Source: a virus
Length of the DNA: 64,000 bases
Direction: 5' to 3' (one strand)
IMG/VR virus record: IMGVR_UViG_3300025000_000065
Location: 47,970-111,969 of that record
The notes under the pieces were generated by a model. It saw only the letters and a program-made list of their open reading frames with translations. It was not told where the DNA came from and did not search any database. The translations under genes and the position numbers were made by a program. This document shows, piece by piece, positions 1 to 10,006 of the stretch. Within the stretch, counting starts at the first letter, position 1. Each line of letters begins with the position of its first letter.

Positions 1-86
1 AGCTAAGAAATCTAATGCCTATTCCAATTCGAGATATTTATTCTTATCATTTTTATAAATCTGTAATTGTGTTCGAGAAAGCATAA
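1..86 (+). CDS. 3' end of a gene running in from the left edge; possibly a class I SAM-dependent (sugar O-)methyltransferase
   Basis: The frame from nt 3 reads LRNLMPIPIRDIYSYHFYKSVIVFEKA*. The SxHFYxSxIVxEK ending resembles O-methyltransferases of glycan clusters. Only 27 codons are visible. Confidence 0.35.
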   Translation, partial: LRNLMPIPIRDIYSYHFYKSVIVFEKA

Positions 87-87
87 T

Positions 88-888
88 ATGAATAATGATA
101 TATCTATTGTAATGCCAATTCATAATCAAGAATCAATTATCTTTAAAATTTTAATGGGAATTTATAAAAATTCTTCGGAGTATGTCAAAGAATTAATTTT
201 AATTTTGGATGGATGCACTGATCATACTCAAGAAATTGTGGAAAAATTTTTAAATACTTATAATAAAGATAATAGATTTGATGCAAAAATTTTTATAACC
301 CCAAATATTTTCGAAGTACAATCTTGTAATATTGGATTTAAAAACGCTACTTGTTCCTGGATTATCAACATGCAAGACGATATAGAAATTACAGAAAGAC
401 ATTTTGATAAAAGATTAATGAAGCCATTTTTAAGAATACATAATCTTTTGGGTGTTACAGGTAGAGATGCTGCAAATGTTTACCTGAATACAAAATATGA
501 AATTGAGTTTCTTGATTTAGCAGGAAGGGATGCAAAATTTCCTTTTTTAAAGGAAAGAAACAAATTTTATATCCGTGATATAATTAATCGTGCTCCAATT
601 TTATTCAATCATGAAAAGTTAAAAGAATTAAATTATTTAGATGAAGATTTTGCTCCAATTTGCCAGGATGATACAGATTTATTTTTAAGAGCGTATAAAA
701 AATTTGGTTACACTTGCGGATCTTATTTAATAGAGTATAATTCTCCCCTAGAGTGGGGAGGAACTAGAAAGAGTGTTGAAGTTAGTAATTTTGTTCATTG
801 GTCTGAGCAAAAAAACATGCAATTATTGAAAGAAAGACATTTACACTTGATCTTAGGAGAAAAACATAATTTTGAAATCAATATATAA
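88..888 (+). CDS. Glycosyltransferase family 2 (GT-A fold)
   Basis: Motifs ISIVMPIHNQE, ILILDGCTDHT, QDD (DxD-like) and LDEDF...DDTDL. ATG at 88 follows the upstream stop. Confidence 0.88.
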   Translation: MNNDISIVMPIHNQESIIFKILMGIYKNSSEYVKELILILDGCTDHTQEIVEKFLNTYNKDNRFDAKIFITPNIFEVQSCNIGFKNATCSWIINMQDDIEITERHFDKRLMKPFLRIHNLLGVTGRDAANVYLNTKYEIEFLDLAGRDAKFPFLKERNKFYIRDIINRAPILFNHEKLKELNYLDEDFAPICQDDTDLFLRAYKKFGYTCGSYLIEYNSPLEWGGTRKSVEVSNFVHWSEQKNMQLLKERHLHLILGEKHNFEINI

Positions 889-897
889 AGGAGAAAA

Positions 898-1437
898 ATG
901 AATTTTCAAGAATATTCACAAAAATATTTTACACTACCAATTGACTGTGATCCCATAGATAGAGCACTCAAAGGATTGAAGTATTGTATAAAAAATAATA
1001 TTTTAATTATTGTTGCTGGAAATGGTGGATCTGGCTATACCGGAAGTCATTTTGTACAGGATTTAATAAAAGCCTGTCATGCTAATGCCAAATCTTTAAA
1101 TGATAATACAGGATTATACTCTGCTTTATCTAATGATGTTAGACATGATGATGTTTTTATTGAACAATTATTTAGAATAAATGGAAAGTATCTGTTTGTT
1201 CCCATTAGTTTTTCTGGCAATTCCAATAATATAATTAAAGCATCAGATTATGTTAGGAATGTTCAAAAATTACCAGTTTTAAGTTTTACTGGCAATGATG
1301 GTGGAAAACTAAAAAAAATATCTAGTTTGAATATTAATATTGAAACAAGCAACATTTATGTTGGTGAGGGTTTTCATTCTTTGATCTTACATTATTTAGT
1401 TGATGAGTTAGCAAAGTCAATTTCTCAATTAGATTAA
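898..1437 (+). CDS. gmhA: SIS-domain phosphoheptose (sedoheptulose-7-P) isomerase
   Basis: Motifs AGNGGS, SND..DDVF.EQ, ISFSGNSNNI, FTGNDGG and E..H..ILH; AAGGAG SD. Confidence 0.8.
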   Translation: MNFQEYSQKYFTLPIDCDPIDRALKGLKYCIKNNILIIVAGNGGSGYTGSHFVQDLIKACHANAKSLNDNTGLYSALSNDVRHDDVFIEQLFRINGKYLFVPISFSGNSNNIIKASDYVRNVQKLPVLSFTGNDGGKLKKISSLNINIETSNIYVGEGFHSLILHYLVDELAKSISQLD

Positions 1438-1441
1438 ATCC

Positions 1442-1470
1442 TTGACTTTTTTATTGAAATATAGTAAACT
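1442..1470 (+). promoter_or_regulatory. Sigma70-type promoter
   Basis: TTGACT-17 nt-TAAACT upstream of hddA. Confidence 0.65.
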
Positions 1471-1505
1471 ATTGTTTAATATAGAATTGAAATAAGGAGA
1501 ATAAA

Positions 1506-2495
1506 TTGATTATAGCAAAAACTCCACTTAGAATAAGCCTTTTTGGTGGTGGCACTGATTTTCCAGATTATTTTAAAGATAACCCTGGTCAAGTTTTATC
1601 AACCGCTATTGATAAATATACATATGTCATTTTAAATAAAAGACCCTTTGATGAAAAAATAAGATTGGGATATTCTAAAACCGAACTTGTAAATTATGTT
1701 TTTGAGTTAGATCATGAATTAGCAAGGGAAGCCATTAAGTTATTTAGTGCTTCTGGAATAGAAATGTCAACAATCTCAGATGTTCCAGGAGGGGTCGGTT
1801 TAGCAACAAGCAGTTCTATTCTTGTAGGAATGTTGAATGCCTTAGCAACATATTCTAATGTGGAGTTTGATGTTTCTCATTTGATTGATTGGGCTATAAA
1901 CATTGAGGTAAATAAATTAAATAAGCCTATTGGATATCAAGATCAAATTATTGTTGCTAAAGGTGGCTTTCAAAATATACATTTTAGTTCTTTATATCAG
2001 AAGCCATATAATTTTGTATACAATTTCAAACAAACCACAATAGATCAATTGGAAAGTTGTTTAAATTTATTTTATTTTGGAGGTCAAAGAAATTCTTCAG
2101 ACATATTATTAGAACAAACTAAAAACATTGAAAAAAATAATGATACCCTAAGACAAATGTATAATATTTGTGATAATGCTTATGATGAACTATCTAAGGG
2201 AAATGTTTATGAAATCGGAAACATGTTGGATGAATCATGGAAATTAAAAAAGACTCTTGCATCAAATATCAGTAATACTGAAATTGATTATGTTTATGAA
2301 AAAGCCTTGCAAAATGGATCAAATGGTGGTAAACTTTTAGGTGCTGGAGGAAATGGATTTTTATTATTTTTTACAAAGGATTATGAAAGTAAAGAAAACT
2401 TGCTTAGATTTATGAAATATCATATGCTACGAATTAAACATGTTCCATTCAAGTTTGATAAACACGGTTCGAGAATAATTTTCAATAATGAATAA
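1506..2495 (+). CDS. hddA: GHMP-family D-glycero-D-manno-heptose 7-phosphate kinase
   Basis: Motifs TPLRISLFGGGTD, STAIDKY, PGGVGLATSSS, IGYQDQ and GGKLLGAGGNG; adjacent to gmhA. Confidence 0.82.
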   Translation: MIIAKTPLRISLFGGGTDFPDYFKDNPGQVLSTAIDKYTYVILNKRPFDEKIRLGYSKTELVNYVFELDHELAREAIKLFSASGIEMSTISDVPGGVGLATSSSILVGMLNALATYSNVEFDVSHLIDWAINIEVNKLNKPIGYQDQIIVAKGGFQNIHFSSLYQKPYNFVYNFKQTTIDQLESCLNLFYFGGQRNSSDILLEQTKNIEKNNDTLRQMYNICDNAYDELSKGNVYEIGNMLDESWKLKKTLASNISNTEIDYVYEKALQNGSNGGKLLGAGGNGFLLFFTKDYESKENLLRFMKYHMLRIKHVPFKFDKHGSRIIFNNE

Positions 2496-2504
2496 GGAGA
2501 TAGT

Positions 2505-3098
2505 TTGAACATAAATATAATTTATACACCTACTGAAGAAGATTGGCTGAGAGTTAGAAATAATGCTCTTACAACTCAGCGAAAACAATCTGATAAAGTA
2601 CCATCTCCTGAATTAAAAAAGAAAATGATTATTTCAGAGCATTCTCCAATTAGAGATTTAAAAGCTGTTTGGGAGTGGATTGATTTACCTTATTATGTTA
2701 GCGTACATTTTACCAGACATAAAATTGGAATTGAGCATTATGTATCGTCTCAAAGGAACGATATTCAAAAAGAATTTGATAGAAAAAATGCACCTCAATC
2801 AAATCCCGTTACACATCGTTGCTCTGCTAATTTTCAAGCAATATTAAATATAAGTCGTGCTAGATTATGTTTAAACGCATCTCCAGAAACAACAAAAGCC
2901 TGGAAATTATTTCTATCAAGACTTTATAATTATGAACCAGAGTTGGTACAATTGTGTGTAAAGCCTTGTATTTATAGAAATGGAATTTGTCCAGAAGTTT
3001 TTAAACAATGTGGTTATAATAAGACAAATCATTATCATATAGTTCAAAAAGGTTATAATTATTATATTGGTTTTACGAAGGAGGATGATTTGACATAA
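2505..3098 (+). CDS. thyX: Flavin-dependent thymidylate synthase-like protein
   Basis: EHSPIR, HFTRHKIG...SSQR (variant of the ThyX RHRxxS motif) and RARLC. Confidence 0.72.
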   Translation: MNINIIYTPTEEDWLRVRNNALTTQRKQSDKVPSPELKKKMIISEHSPIRDLKAVWEWIDLPYYVSVHFTRHKIGIEHYVSSQRNDIQKEFDRKNAPQSNPVTHRCSANFQAILNISRARLCLNASPETTKAWKLFLSRLYNYEPELVQLCVKPCIYRNGICPEVFKQCGYNKTNHYHIVQKGYNYYIGFTKEDDLT

Positions 3099-3100
3099 TA

Positions 3101-3120
3101 AATAAAATTATTGTTTTATT
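3101..3120. repeat. AATAAAA-N6-TTTTATT palindrome, copy 1
   Basis: AATAAAA ttattg TTTTATT, intergenic just after thyX. Confidence 0.7.
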
Positions 3121-3167
3121 GAGTTTATTTATTGTTTAAAATTTTATTAAATTAAAGGAGAAATTGT

Positions 3168-4220
3168 ATGGCAAAAACGCATGAAAGTTTTGGTGATTTA
3201 GAACAAACCGATGGATCATTCGCCTTAAAAGGCGTGATTACTGGAGTGGCAAAACCAACATTTTACCAGGAAAAAAATGATAAAAATGGTAAACCATTTC
3301 GAATGATTAATTTCGGTGTTCAGGTTTCAAAGGATTGGGTTCATTATTTATCAATCAATGGAATGACTCAGGAAAAAGTATATTTCTATTCAAAAGACGA
3401 TAAGAAAACACTTAGCCAGGATTGGAAATCTCGTAATTCTTTCCGCAAAGAAGGATATCGACTAATTGGAATGAACTTGGGTCTTGAAAAAACCAAAGAT
3501 GAAAAAGGAAATGATGTAAACGATAAGAAAAATCTTGTTCCTTTTGATGCTTGTGGATATATTTATGAAAATTTAAAAGATGGAATGTCAGTGTTTGTTC
3601 GTGGAAAGCTAGAATATTCTAGTTTCAACAATAATAGCGGTGAACTGCAACGAAGTGTCAAACTTGTTCCTAACCAAATTTCTTTATGTAAAGACGTTGA
3701 TTTTGATGAAAAAGATTTTGATGTTCAATCAGATTTTACTCAAACATTTGTCTTTATGGATATGGAAATGGTCAAGGATGGCGAAGAAATTCTTGGGGCA
3801 AATGTTCATGGAAGCATTATAAATTACAATAGCATTGAACAAGCTGAATTCTTTATTCGAGATTCCGCATTAGGAAAGAATTTCAAAACATTAAAACCCT
3901 ATACTTTCATTAAAACATGGGGCAACCTAGAAACCGAACGCAATAAAGAAGAAGTTGCATCCGAAGATGTTTGGGGTTCAAGTAACACTATGGAATCTGT
4001 TCGTTCACCTTATAAGAAATTGTTTGTTATTACGGGTGCAGATCCAAAATCAATGAACCGTGAAGATTATAGTGAATTAAAAATGGATAAAGCATTGCAA
4101 GCAATGAAAAAATCACAATCAGAAAAAGAAGAATTTAAAACACAGAATACTTCTACTGCTGGAATTACCGAATGGGGAAATACTACACCCGTTGAAGATG
4201 AAGAAGAAACTGGTTGGTAA
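3168..4220 (+). CDS. Putative single-stranded DNA-binding protein (OB-fold type)
   Basis: VFVRGKLEYSSF OB-fold-like strand, acidic C-terminal tail (EDEEETGW) and position at the start of the replication module. Confidence 0.6.
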   Translation: MAKTHESFGDLEQTDGSFALKGVITGVAKPTFYQEKNDKNGKPFRMINFGVQVSKDWVHYLSINGMTQEKVYFYSKDDKKTLSQDWKSRNSFRKEGYRLIGMNLGLEKTKDEKGNDVNDKKNLVPFDACGYIYENLKDGMSVFVRGKLEYSSFNNNSGELQRSVKLVPNQISLCKDVDFDEKDFDVQSDFTQTFVFMDMEMVKDGEEILGANVHGSIINYNSIEQAEFFIRDSALGKNFKTLKPYTFIKTWGNLETERNKEEVASEDVWGSSNTMESVRSPYKKLFVITGADPKSMNREDYSELKMDKALQAMKKSQSEKEEFKTQNTSTAGITEWGNTTPVEDEEETGW

Positions 4221-4233
4221 TTATTATTAAAAA

Positions 4234-4261
4234 TAGGTGGAATTGAAATATATTCCACCTA
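4234..4261. terminator. Intergenic hairpin (terminator or stabiliser)
   Basis: 10-bp stem taggtggaat/attccaccta after the SSB-like gene. Confidence 0.55.
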
Positions 4262-4279
4262 AATAAAATAGGAGATTTT

Positions 4280-4495
4280 ATGAGAGAATTAAAAACCGTA
4301 AAAATGAGCGCAGTTGACGAACTCAGTAATGTAACAGTAAAACTTGATAGGAAAAATTTACCTGATGAGGAAACCGAAGATATTCAAATGATCACAGAAA
4401 ATTTCGTTGAACTTCTACGAAAATTACATTATAATCCTTCGGATATTCGTAATGCTGTACGTGATGTTTTAGAAAACTATGATTTTGAAGATTAA
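4280..4495 (+). CDS. Hypothetical protein
   Basis: 71-aa ORF with AGGAG SD. Confidence 0.7.
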   Translation: MRELKTVKMSAVDELSNVTVKLDRKNLPDEETEDIQMITENFVELLRKLHYNPSDIRNAVRDVLENYDFED

Positions 4496-4505
4496 GGAGT
4501 AATTA

Positions 4506-6599
4506 ATGAAATATGTTTTAAATGAGCCAAAGGTTGCGTTAGAAAGTTTTCGACATTATTTACGTGGAACTAAAAAGGTTGGTAAAGCACAACCACTATA
4601 TTCAAAAATTCAAACTCCTTATGGCGAAAAAACAATGGGAGAAATGAATGTTGGAGATGAAATTTTTACTATTGATGGAACTGTAACAAAAATCACTGAT
4701 GTTTTTCCCCAAGGTGTTAAAGATATTTATGAAGTTACCTTTTCTGATGGAAGCAAAACAAGATGTTCGGAAGATCATTTGTGGTCTGTTAGAACTAAAA
4801 AAATGAAGATCCTCGGAAAGGGATTTAATCGAATTATGACTTTAGGAGAAATTAAAAAAGATTATTTTTCTTTGGAGAAAGACGGCTATAGACATCCTAA
4901 ATTTGAAATTCCCATTGCAAGTGCCGTAGAATTTGAAAAAAGAGAAATTCCATTAGATCCCTATTTGCTAGGATTATTGTTGGGAGATGGATATATCTGT
5001 GGAAGAGTTGTTGGATTTTCCAATACAGAAGAAGATGTTTTAGAGAAAATTGAAAAAATATCTTTTGAAAAATATGGATGTGGTTTTGTTAAAAATTCAG
5101 AGCATAATTGCACGCATCATATAAAAAAACCAGATGGAGAATACAGAAATCCAATTCGAACAAAATTATCAGAATTGGGATTATTGGGATTAAAATCAAA
5201 AGATAAATTTATTCCCCAAGAATATTTATACAATGATTATTCAACAAGATTATCTATATTACAAGGATTAATGGATACAGATGGACACATTAGTCAAGAG
5301 GGACAAGTTAATTTTTCTTCAACATCTTTACAATTAATTGAAAATGTAAAGTGGTTAGTTCATTCCTTGGGAGGTCTTGCCACAATTCATGAAGATGCTA
5401 GAATTGGAAAAGAATCTTATTACTTAATTATTAGAGCAAATGGATTTGTACCCGTCACATCAGAAAAACATTCTCCAAAATTTGAAAAACATAATCCAAA
5501 TTTAACTAGATTTATTTCCAATATTGAATACATTGGTAAAGAAGAATGTCAATGTATTAAAGTTGAAGATGATTCAGAATTATATTTAACAGATGAGTTT
5601 ATTGTTACCCATAATAGCACGTTGTTCCGAGATTTAATTGTCGAATATTATGGAGATCCAAAATATGGATTAATGATTGCTCCAGGCAATGAAACAGGTT
5701 TTAAAGCCTTAGATAATCTGTATGCTATGGAAGCTCAAACATGGGAAGATTTCTGCGAAATTGTTAATGATTTAGTATTGAATAAGGCAGACAATGAATT
5801 TAAGATTATAGCAATTGATACCGTGGATGAACTAATTGCAATTGCAGAAGAAAAAGTATTGAAAATTCATTATCAACGAAAAGGCGAAAAGGCAACTTCT
5901 ATCAATGCTGCTTTAGGTGGATATGGAGCAGGAAAGAAAATGCTTCGTAAACTCATCAATGATAAAATCAAAGAAGTTGAAAATGCAGGTTATACCTGGT
6001 TTTTCGTTGGACATACGAAAGTTCGTGATATTAAAGAAAAGGGACAAGAGGAATCATATCAACAATTAACTTCCAATCTTGAGTTTGATTATGATGCATT
6101 ATTTACAGATAAAGCAGACATTATTGCCTCTTGTTACATAGAAAGAAACGTAAAAGATAATTCTTTAGAATCAACTACACGATACATTTATTTTCGCCCT
6201 AATGGTTTTGTTGATGCAGGAAGTCGTTTCAAAGATATGCCAGAGCGTGTTCCTATGACTGCACGTGATTACATTAGTGCTTTTGAACAAGGTGCAAAAG
6301 GAACTTATACAAAACCATTGACGAAAAAAGAATTGGATAAACGAAAGAAACAAGAAGAAACAGAACGTCAAGAACAAGCTCAAAAATTTACTGAAGCCAA
6401 AAAATCTAATTTTGAAGGATTAGAAACAGTTGAAGATTATCACAAAAAGATTCAGGAAATGAAAGAAGCATTGGACTCTGAGACTGCACGTGAAAAAGGT
6501 GAGCAATTAAAAGAAGCTGGATTGCCTCTAAGATTTAAAGAAATTGAAGATCTCGAACAACTAAAATTATTCTTAAAAATCGTTTCTTCAGACGATTAA
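4506..6599 (+). CDS. AAA-family (AAA_24/Sak4-like) ATPase interrupted by an intein
   Basis: Walker A GTKKVGK|ST is split by the intein; Walker B IIAIDTVD; FFVGHTK; AGSRF. Confidence 0.8.
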   Translation: MKYVLNEPKVALESFRHYLRGTKKVGKAQPLYSKIQTPYGEKTMGEMNVGDEIFTIDGTVTKITDVFPQGVKDIYEVTFSDGSKTRCSEDHLWSVRTKKMKILGKGFNRIMTLGEIKKDYFSLEKDGYRHPKFEIPIASAVEFEKREIPLDPYLLGLLLGDGYICGRVVGFSNTEEDVLEKIEKISFEKYGCGFVKNSEHNCTHHIKKPDGEYRNPIRTKLSELGLLGLKSKDKFIPQEYLYNDYSTRLSILQGLMDTDGHISQEGQVNFSSTSLQLIENVKWLVHSLGGLATIHEDARIGKESYYLIIRANGFVPVTSEKHSPKFEKHNPNLTRFISNIEYIGKEECQCIKVEDDSELYLTDEFIVTHNSTLFRDLIVEYYGDPKYGLMIAPGNETGFKALDNLYAMEAQTWEDFCEIVNDLVLNKADNEFKIIAIDTVDELIAIAEEKVLKIHYQRKGEKATSINAALGGYGAGKKMLRKLINDKIKEVENAGYTWFFVGHTKVRDIKEKGQEESYQQLTSNLEFDYDALFTDKADIIASCYIERNVKDNSLESTTRYIYFRPNGFVDAGSRFKDMPERVPMTARDYISAFEQGAKGTYTKPLTKKELDKRKKQEETERQEQAQKFTEAKKSNFEGLETVEDYHKKIQEMKEALDSETAREKGEQLKEAGLPLRFKEIEDLEQLKLFLKIVSSDD
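4587..5615 (+). mobile_element. Class 3 (Ala1) intein with LAGLIDADG endonuclease, 343 aa
   Basis: Starts AQPL; block B CSEDHLW; YLLGLLLGDG and LQGLMDTDG; block F ECQCIKV; ends YLTDEFIVTHN|S. Confidence 0.9.
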
Positions 6600-6610
6600 T
6601 TCGAATAAAA

Positions 6611-6630
6611 AATAAAATGTTCATTTTATT
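6611..6630. repeat. AATAAAA-N6-TTTTATT palindrome, copy 2
   Basis: AATAAAA tgttca TTTTATT. Confidence 0.7.
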
Positions 6631-6683
6631 GGTTTTAGAAGGCTATTAGAGGCATGTTTTAGGCGATTTGGAACGTTTTTAAT

Positions 6684-6727
6684 GGTATATTATCAGTAGA
6701 CAGCTTTATAGGTATATTATCGGTAGA
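6684..6727. repeat. 17-bp direct repeat pair
   Basis: ggtatattatcagtaga (6684-6700) and ggtatattatcggtaga (6711-6727). Confidence 0.7.
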
Positions 6728-6734
6728 ATTCAAT

Positions 6735-6770
6735 AAAATAGGGAAGAAAAATAAAATTCTTCCCTATTTT
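6735..6770. terminator. Intrinsic terminator-like hairpin
   Basis: 14-bp stem aaaatagggaagaa/ttcttccctatttt. Confidence 0.7.
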
Positions 6771-6810
6771 AAAACAATAATACAAAATAAAAATTACTTC
6801 GGGAGGTACA

Positions 6811-7455
6811 ATGATTATCACCACTCGGAAGTGTGGATTGTGTAAAGAAAACATAGAATTAGAAAAAGAGAAAAAAACAGTTCTTCAAAGTAAAAAATAT
6901 TATCATTATGATTGTTTTATAGAAAAAGAGATAAATAAAAAACGCAATGTTTTAACTAAAGAAAAAATAGAAAATTTAGCAAATCAACTTATAGAAGAAA
7001 ATAAAGATTTTATAAATGAAATAATTAATAAAAATCATTTATATTTATGGTTACAAAAAAAATATAATTTAATAATTATTCCAACTTATGTATATCAGAA
7101 ATTAGCAGATATATATAATGGAACTTGGAAAGACATTAATATAAAAATTCCTCCAGAAGATATTCTGGATATGTTTAAAAGACAATGGCATAATCTAGAG
7201 CAAATCAATATTAGCAATATTAATAAAGGAAAAAAATTAAGTCCAGAAAATAGGTTGAATTATGACTTAAGTGTTATAATAAATAAATCAAGTAGTTATT
7301 ATGAATGGAGGAAAAAACAGGAAGAGCAACAAATAGAAATGATGCAATCCATAGAATCTTCACAAGCAACTAATAATTTTAGAAGCTCTATGGGGATTGA
7401 ACAAAATATTACAAGCAATGAAAACGACTTATCTCAATATTTAGAGGAGATTTAA
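6811..7455 (+). CDS. Hypothetical replication protein with N-terminal Zn-binding motif (possible helicase loader)
   Basis: CxxC...HxxC at the N-terminus; immediately upstream of helicase and primase; GGAGG SD. Confidence 0.5.
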   Translation: MIITTRKCGLCKENIELEKEKKTVLQSKKYYHYDCFIEKEINKKRNVLTKEKIENLANQLIEENKDFINEIINKNHLYLWLQKKYNLIIIPTYVYQKLADIYNGTWKDINIKIPPEDILDMFKRQWHNLEQINISNINKGKKLSPENRLNYDLSVIINKSSSYYEWRKKQEEQQIEMMQSIESSQATNNFRSSMGIEQNITSNENDLSQYLEEI

Positions 7456-7458
7456 AAA

Positions 7459-8985
7459 TTGATAGAACAAAAAGACTTAGAAAACATTCCAAATGAAATA
7501 GCGTTAGTTGGAGCATTTTATAAAAATCCAGAATTATATATTTCATATGGATCATCAATTAAATCAAAGTATGATTTTTCAGGAGAGGTATCAAAATTTT
7601 TATACGATTGTTTTGAGCTAATATATCAAACCATATCTCAAAAAATAAATGAAACAAAAGTCAATTCGTTTATGATCATGGATGATAAAAGATTACAATT
7701 ATATAAAAAATATGGGGGATATAAAACAATAGATGATTGGATGAATTTATCTGATCCAGAAGATTTTGATAATTATTTTGGAATATTAAAAAAATATTCT
7801 TTGCTAAGAGAATTTTATAGAAGTGGATATAATGTTGAAAAACTTATCACTCATAAAAAATTTGATGTTTGGAGCGCACAAGATATTTTCAAAATGTTGC
7901 GATCTAAAGTTGATAAGATTCACACTGTTATTCTTTCCAATCAAGAAAGTGTTATCTTAAATGAAAACGCAGAGAAAGACATTAAATCGTATGTAATAAA
8001 ACCACAAGCAGGATTATCTTATCCCTGGATTGTTATTGATGAAATGTTTAAAGGAATGAGATTAGGAAAAGCTGTATTAACTGGATTCCTTAGCAATGAA
8101 GGAAAAACCAGAAATCTTATTATGCTCATGAGTTATATAGCATTAGTAAAAAATAAACCCGTTTTAATTATGTCAAATGAAATGGATGATGAAGATTTAA
8201 AATCCTGCTTGATTACTACAATTGTAAACAATGAATGCTTCCAAGAATTACATGGTGTCAAAATGAAGAAAATGGAAGGGGAAATTGTTTTAGGAAAATA
8301 TAGAGATCAAAGAGGAGCAATTATTCAAAGAGAAAAAGATGAAAATGATATCTATACCGAAAGGGAAGAAGACTTCATTAACAGACTAGAAAGAGACTCC
8401 GAAGAATACAGAAACATAATAAAAATTGGTCAATGGATTGATAGCAGAAAAGAAAAACTTATATTTTTCAAAAATGTTGGAACAGATTATTCCGATCAAA
8501 CACTAGAATTTGAAATTCGAAAACATAAACTTTTATATGGTGTTGATTATGTTGCCTATGACACTATGAAGGGCTATCGAACAGATGATTGGATGACGGT
8601 AAAACAATCATTTACTAAGTTAAAAGAATTGATGAGTGAATTGAATATTTGGGGATGGTTTGTATTTCAATTAGCTGACCAGGCAGTTCACATGGATATT
8701 TTCGATATGAGTAGTAATGAAATTGCCAATGCCAAACAGATTAAACATCCTGTAGACCACATGCTATTAGGAAAAAGAATTTATCCCTCAGAATATCATA
8801 AATATAAATATATTCCAAACTATCAATGGGGAGATCCTAGACCAATTCCATTAGACCTTTCTAAAAAATATATGGCTTTAAAAGTTGAAAAAAATAGAAG
8901 TGGTAACAAAGCAAATTATCCATTATTTGAATATGATTTAGATTATAATACTTGGGACAATGTTGGAAGTTTAGTTAGAGCATAA
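7459..8985 (+). CDS. Replicative DnaB-like helicase
   Basis: Walker A-like SNEGKTR, SNEM, VAYDTMK and KNRSG; adjacent to primase. Confidence 0.85.
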   Translation: MIEQKDLENIPNEIALVGAFYKNPELYISYGSSIKSKYDFSGEVSKFLYDCFELIYQTISQKINETKVNSFMIMDDKRLQLYKKYGGYKTIDDWMNLSDPEDFDNYFGILKKYSLLREFYRSGYNVEKLITHKKFDVWSAQDIFKMLRSKVDKIHTVILSNQESVILNENAEKDIKSYVIKPQAGLSYPWIVIDEMFKGMRLGKAVLTGFLSNEGKTRNLIMLMSYIALVKNKPVLIMSNEMDDEDLKSCLITTIVNNECFQELHGVKMKKMEGEIVLGKYRDQRGAIIQREKDENDIYTEREEDFINRLERDSEEYRNIIKIGQWIDSRKEKLIFFKNVGTDYSDQTLEFEIRKHKLLYGVDYVAYDTMKGYRTDDWMTVKQSFTKLKELMSELNIWGWFVFQLADQAVHMDIFDMSSNEIANAKQIKHPVDHMLLGKRIYPSEYHKYKYIPNYQWGDPRPIPLDLSKKYMALKVEKNRSGNKANYPLFEYDLDYNTWDNVGSLVRA

Positions 8986-8986
8986 T

Positions 8987-10006
8987 ATGGATATCAAGGA
9001 ATTGAAAAAATATATTATCGAAAACGATAAAGTAGAATATATTTTAGAAAATTTAGATTGCCAAAAAATAAAATTTCATAATTCTGGTTATTGGACTTGT
9101 GGTAATCCTCCTCCATCAGATAATCCTAATGCTGTTACAATATATAAAGATAATTTAAAAGTAATTAATTACACAAAAGATATGTCAGAACCATCAGACA
9201 TATTTACATTGATTGAATATTATAAGAACATAAATTTCTTTGAATCTTTAAAATGGATTTGTGATTTATTAGAAATTGATTTCTATAAAGATTCCAATGA
9301 AGAACTACCAAAAGAGTTATTGATCACAAAACAATTAATTAGTATGCGAACTGGATCAAAGAGAGAGGATGATGATGATACTCCAATAAAACCACTATCA
9401 GAAGAAATAATAAAATATTATCCAGCAATTGGGAATACAATGTTTTTTGATGATGGAATAGATTATCAGACTCAATATGAATTTGGCTTATCATATGATA
9501 ATGAAAGTAATCGAATATTAATTCCCGTACATTCTGAAATAGGAGATTTGGTATCTTATAAAGGAAGATTGTTTAAATATAAATTAAATAAGGACGAACA
9601 AAAATATATTTATTTATATCCTTGTCCTAGAAATAAACTCTTATTCGGATATAATAAAACACATTTGTATATTAAAAAAGAAAATTGGGTTTGGGTTGGA
9701 GAAGCTGAGAAATTTGTGTTACAATTATGGTCTTACGGTTATTATAATTCTATCGCTACAGGTGGTACAAAAATAGGACAGACACAAATAGATAAAATAA
9801 GTAGATTGGGAGTTCCAATTTGTTTTTGTTTTGATAAAGATATAAAAAAAGAAACTATAGAAAAAATATCTGAAAGGTTTACTGATGGAATTGATATTTA
9901 TGCTATTTTCGATGAAGATAATTTGTTGAAAGAAAAAGAATCGCCTAGTGATCAAAAAGAAATTTGGGAATTATTGGTTAAAAATAATGTTTACAAAATA
10001 AAATAA
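8987..10006 (+). CDS. DNA primase (TOPRIM)
   Basis: RILIPVH..GDLVSYKGR, LFGYN, VGEAEK and CFDKD. Confidence 0.85.
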   Translation: MDIKELKKYIIENDKVEYILENLDCQKIKFHNSGYWTCGNPPPSDNPNAVTIYKDNLKVINYTKDMSEPSDIFTLIEYYKNINFFESLKWICDLLEIDFYKDSNEELPKELLITKQLISMRTGSKREDDDDTPIKPLSEEIIKYYPAIGNTMFFDDGIDYQTQYEFGLSYDNESNRILIPVHSEIGDLVSYKGRLFKYKLNKDEQKYIYLYPCPRNKLLFGYNKTHLYIKKENWVWVGEAEKFVLQLWSYGYYNSIATGGTKIGQTQIDKISRLGVPICFCFDKDIKKETIEKISERFTDGIDIYAIFDEDNLLKEKESPSDQKEIWELLVKNNVYKIK

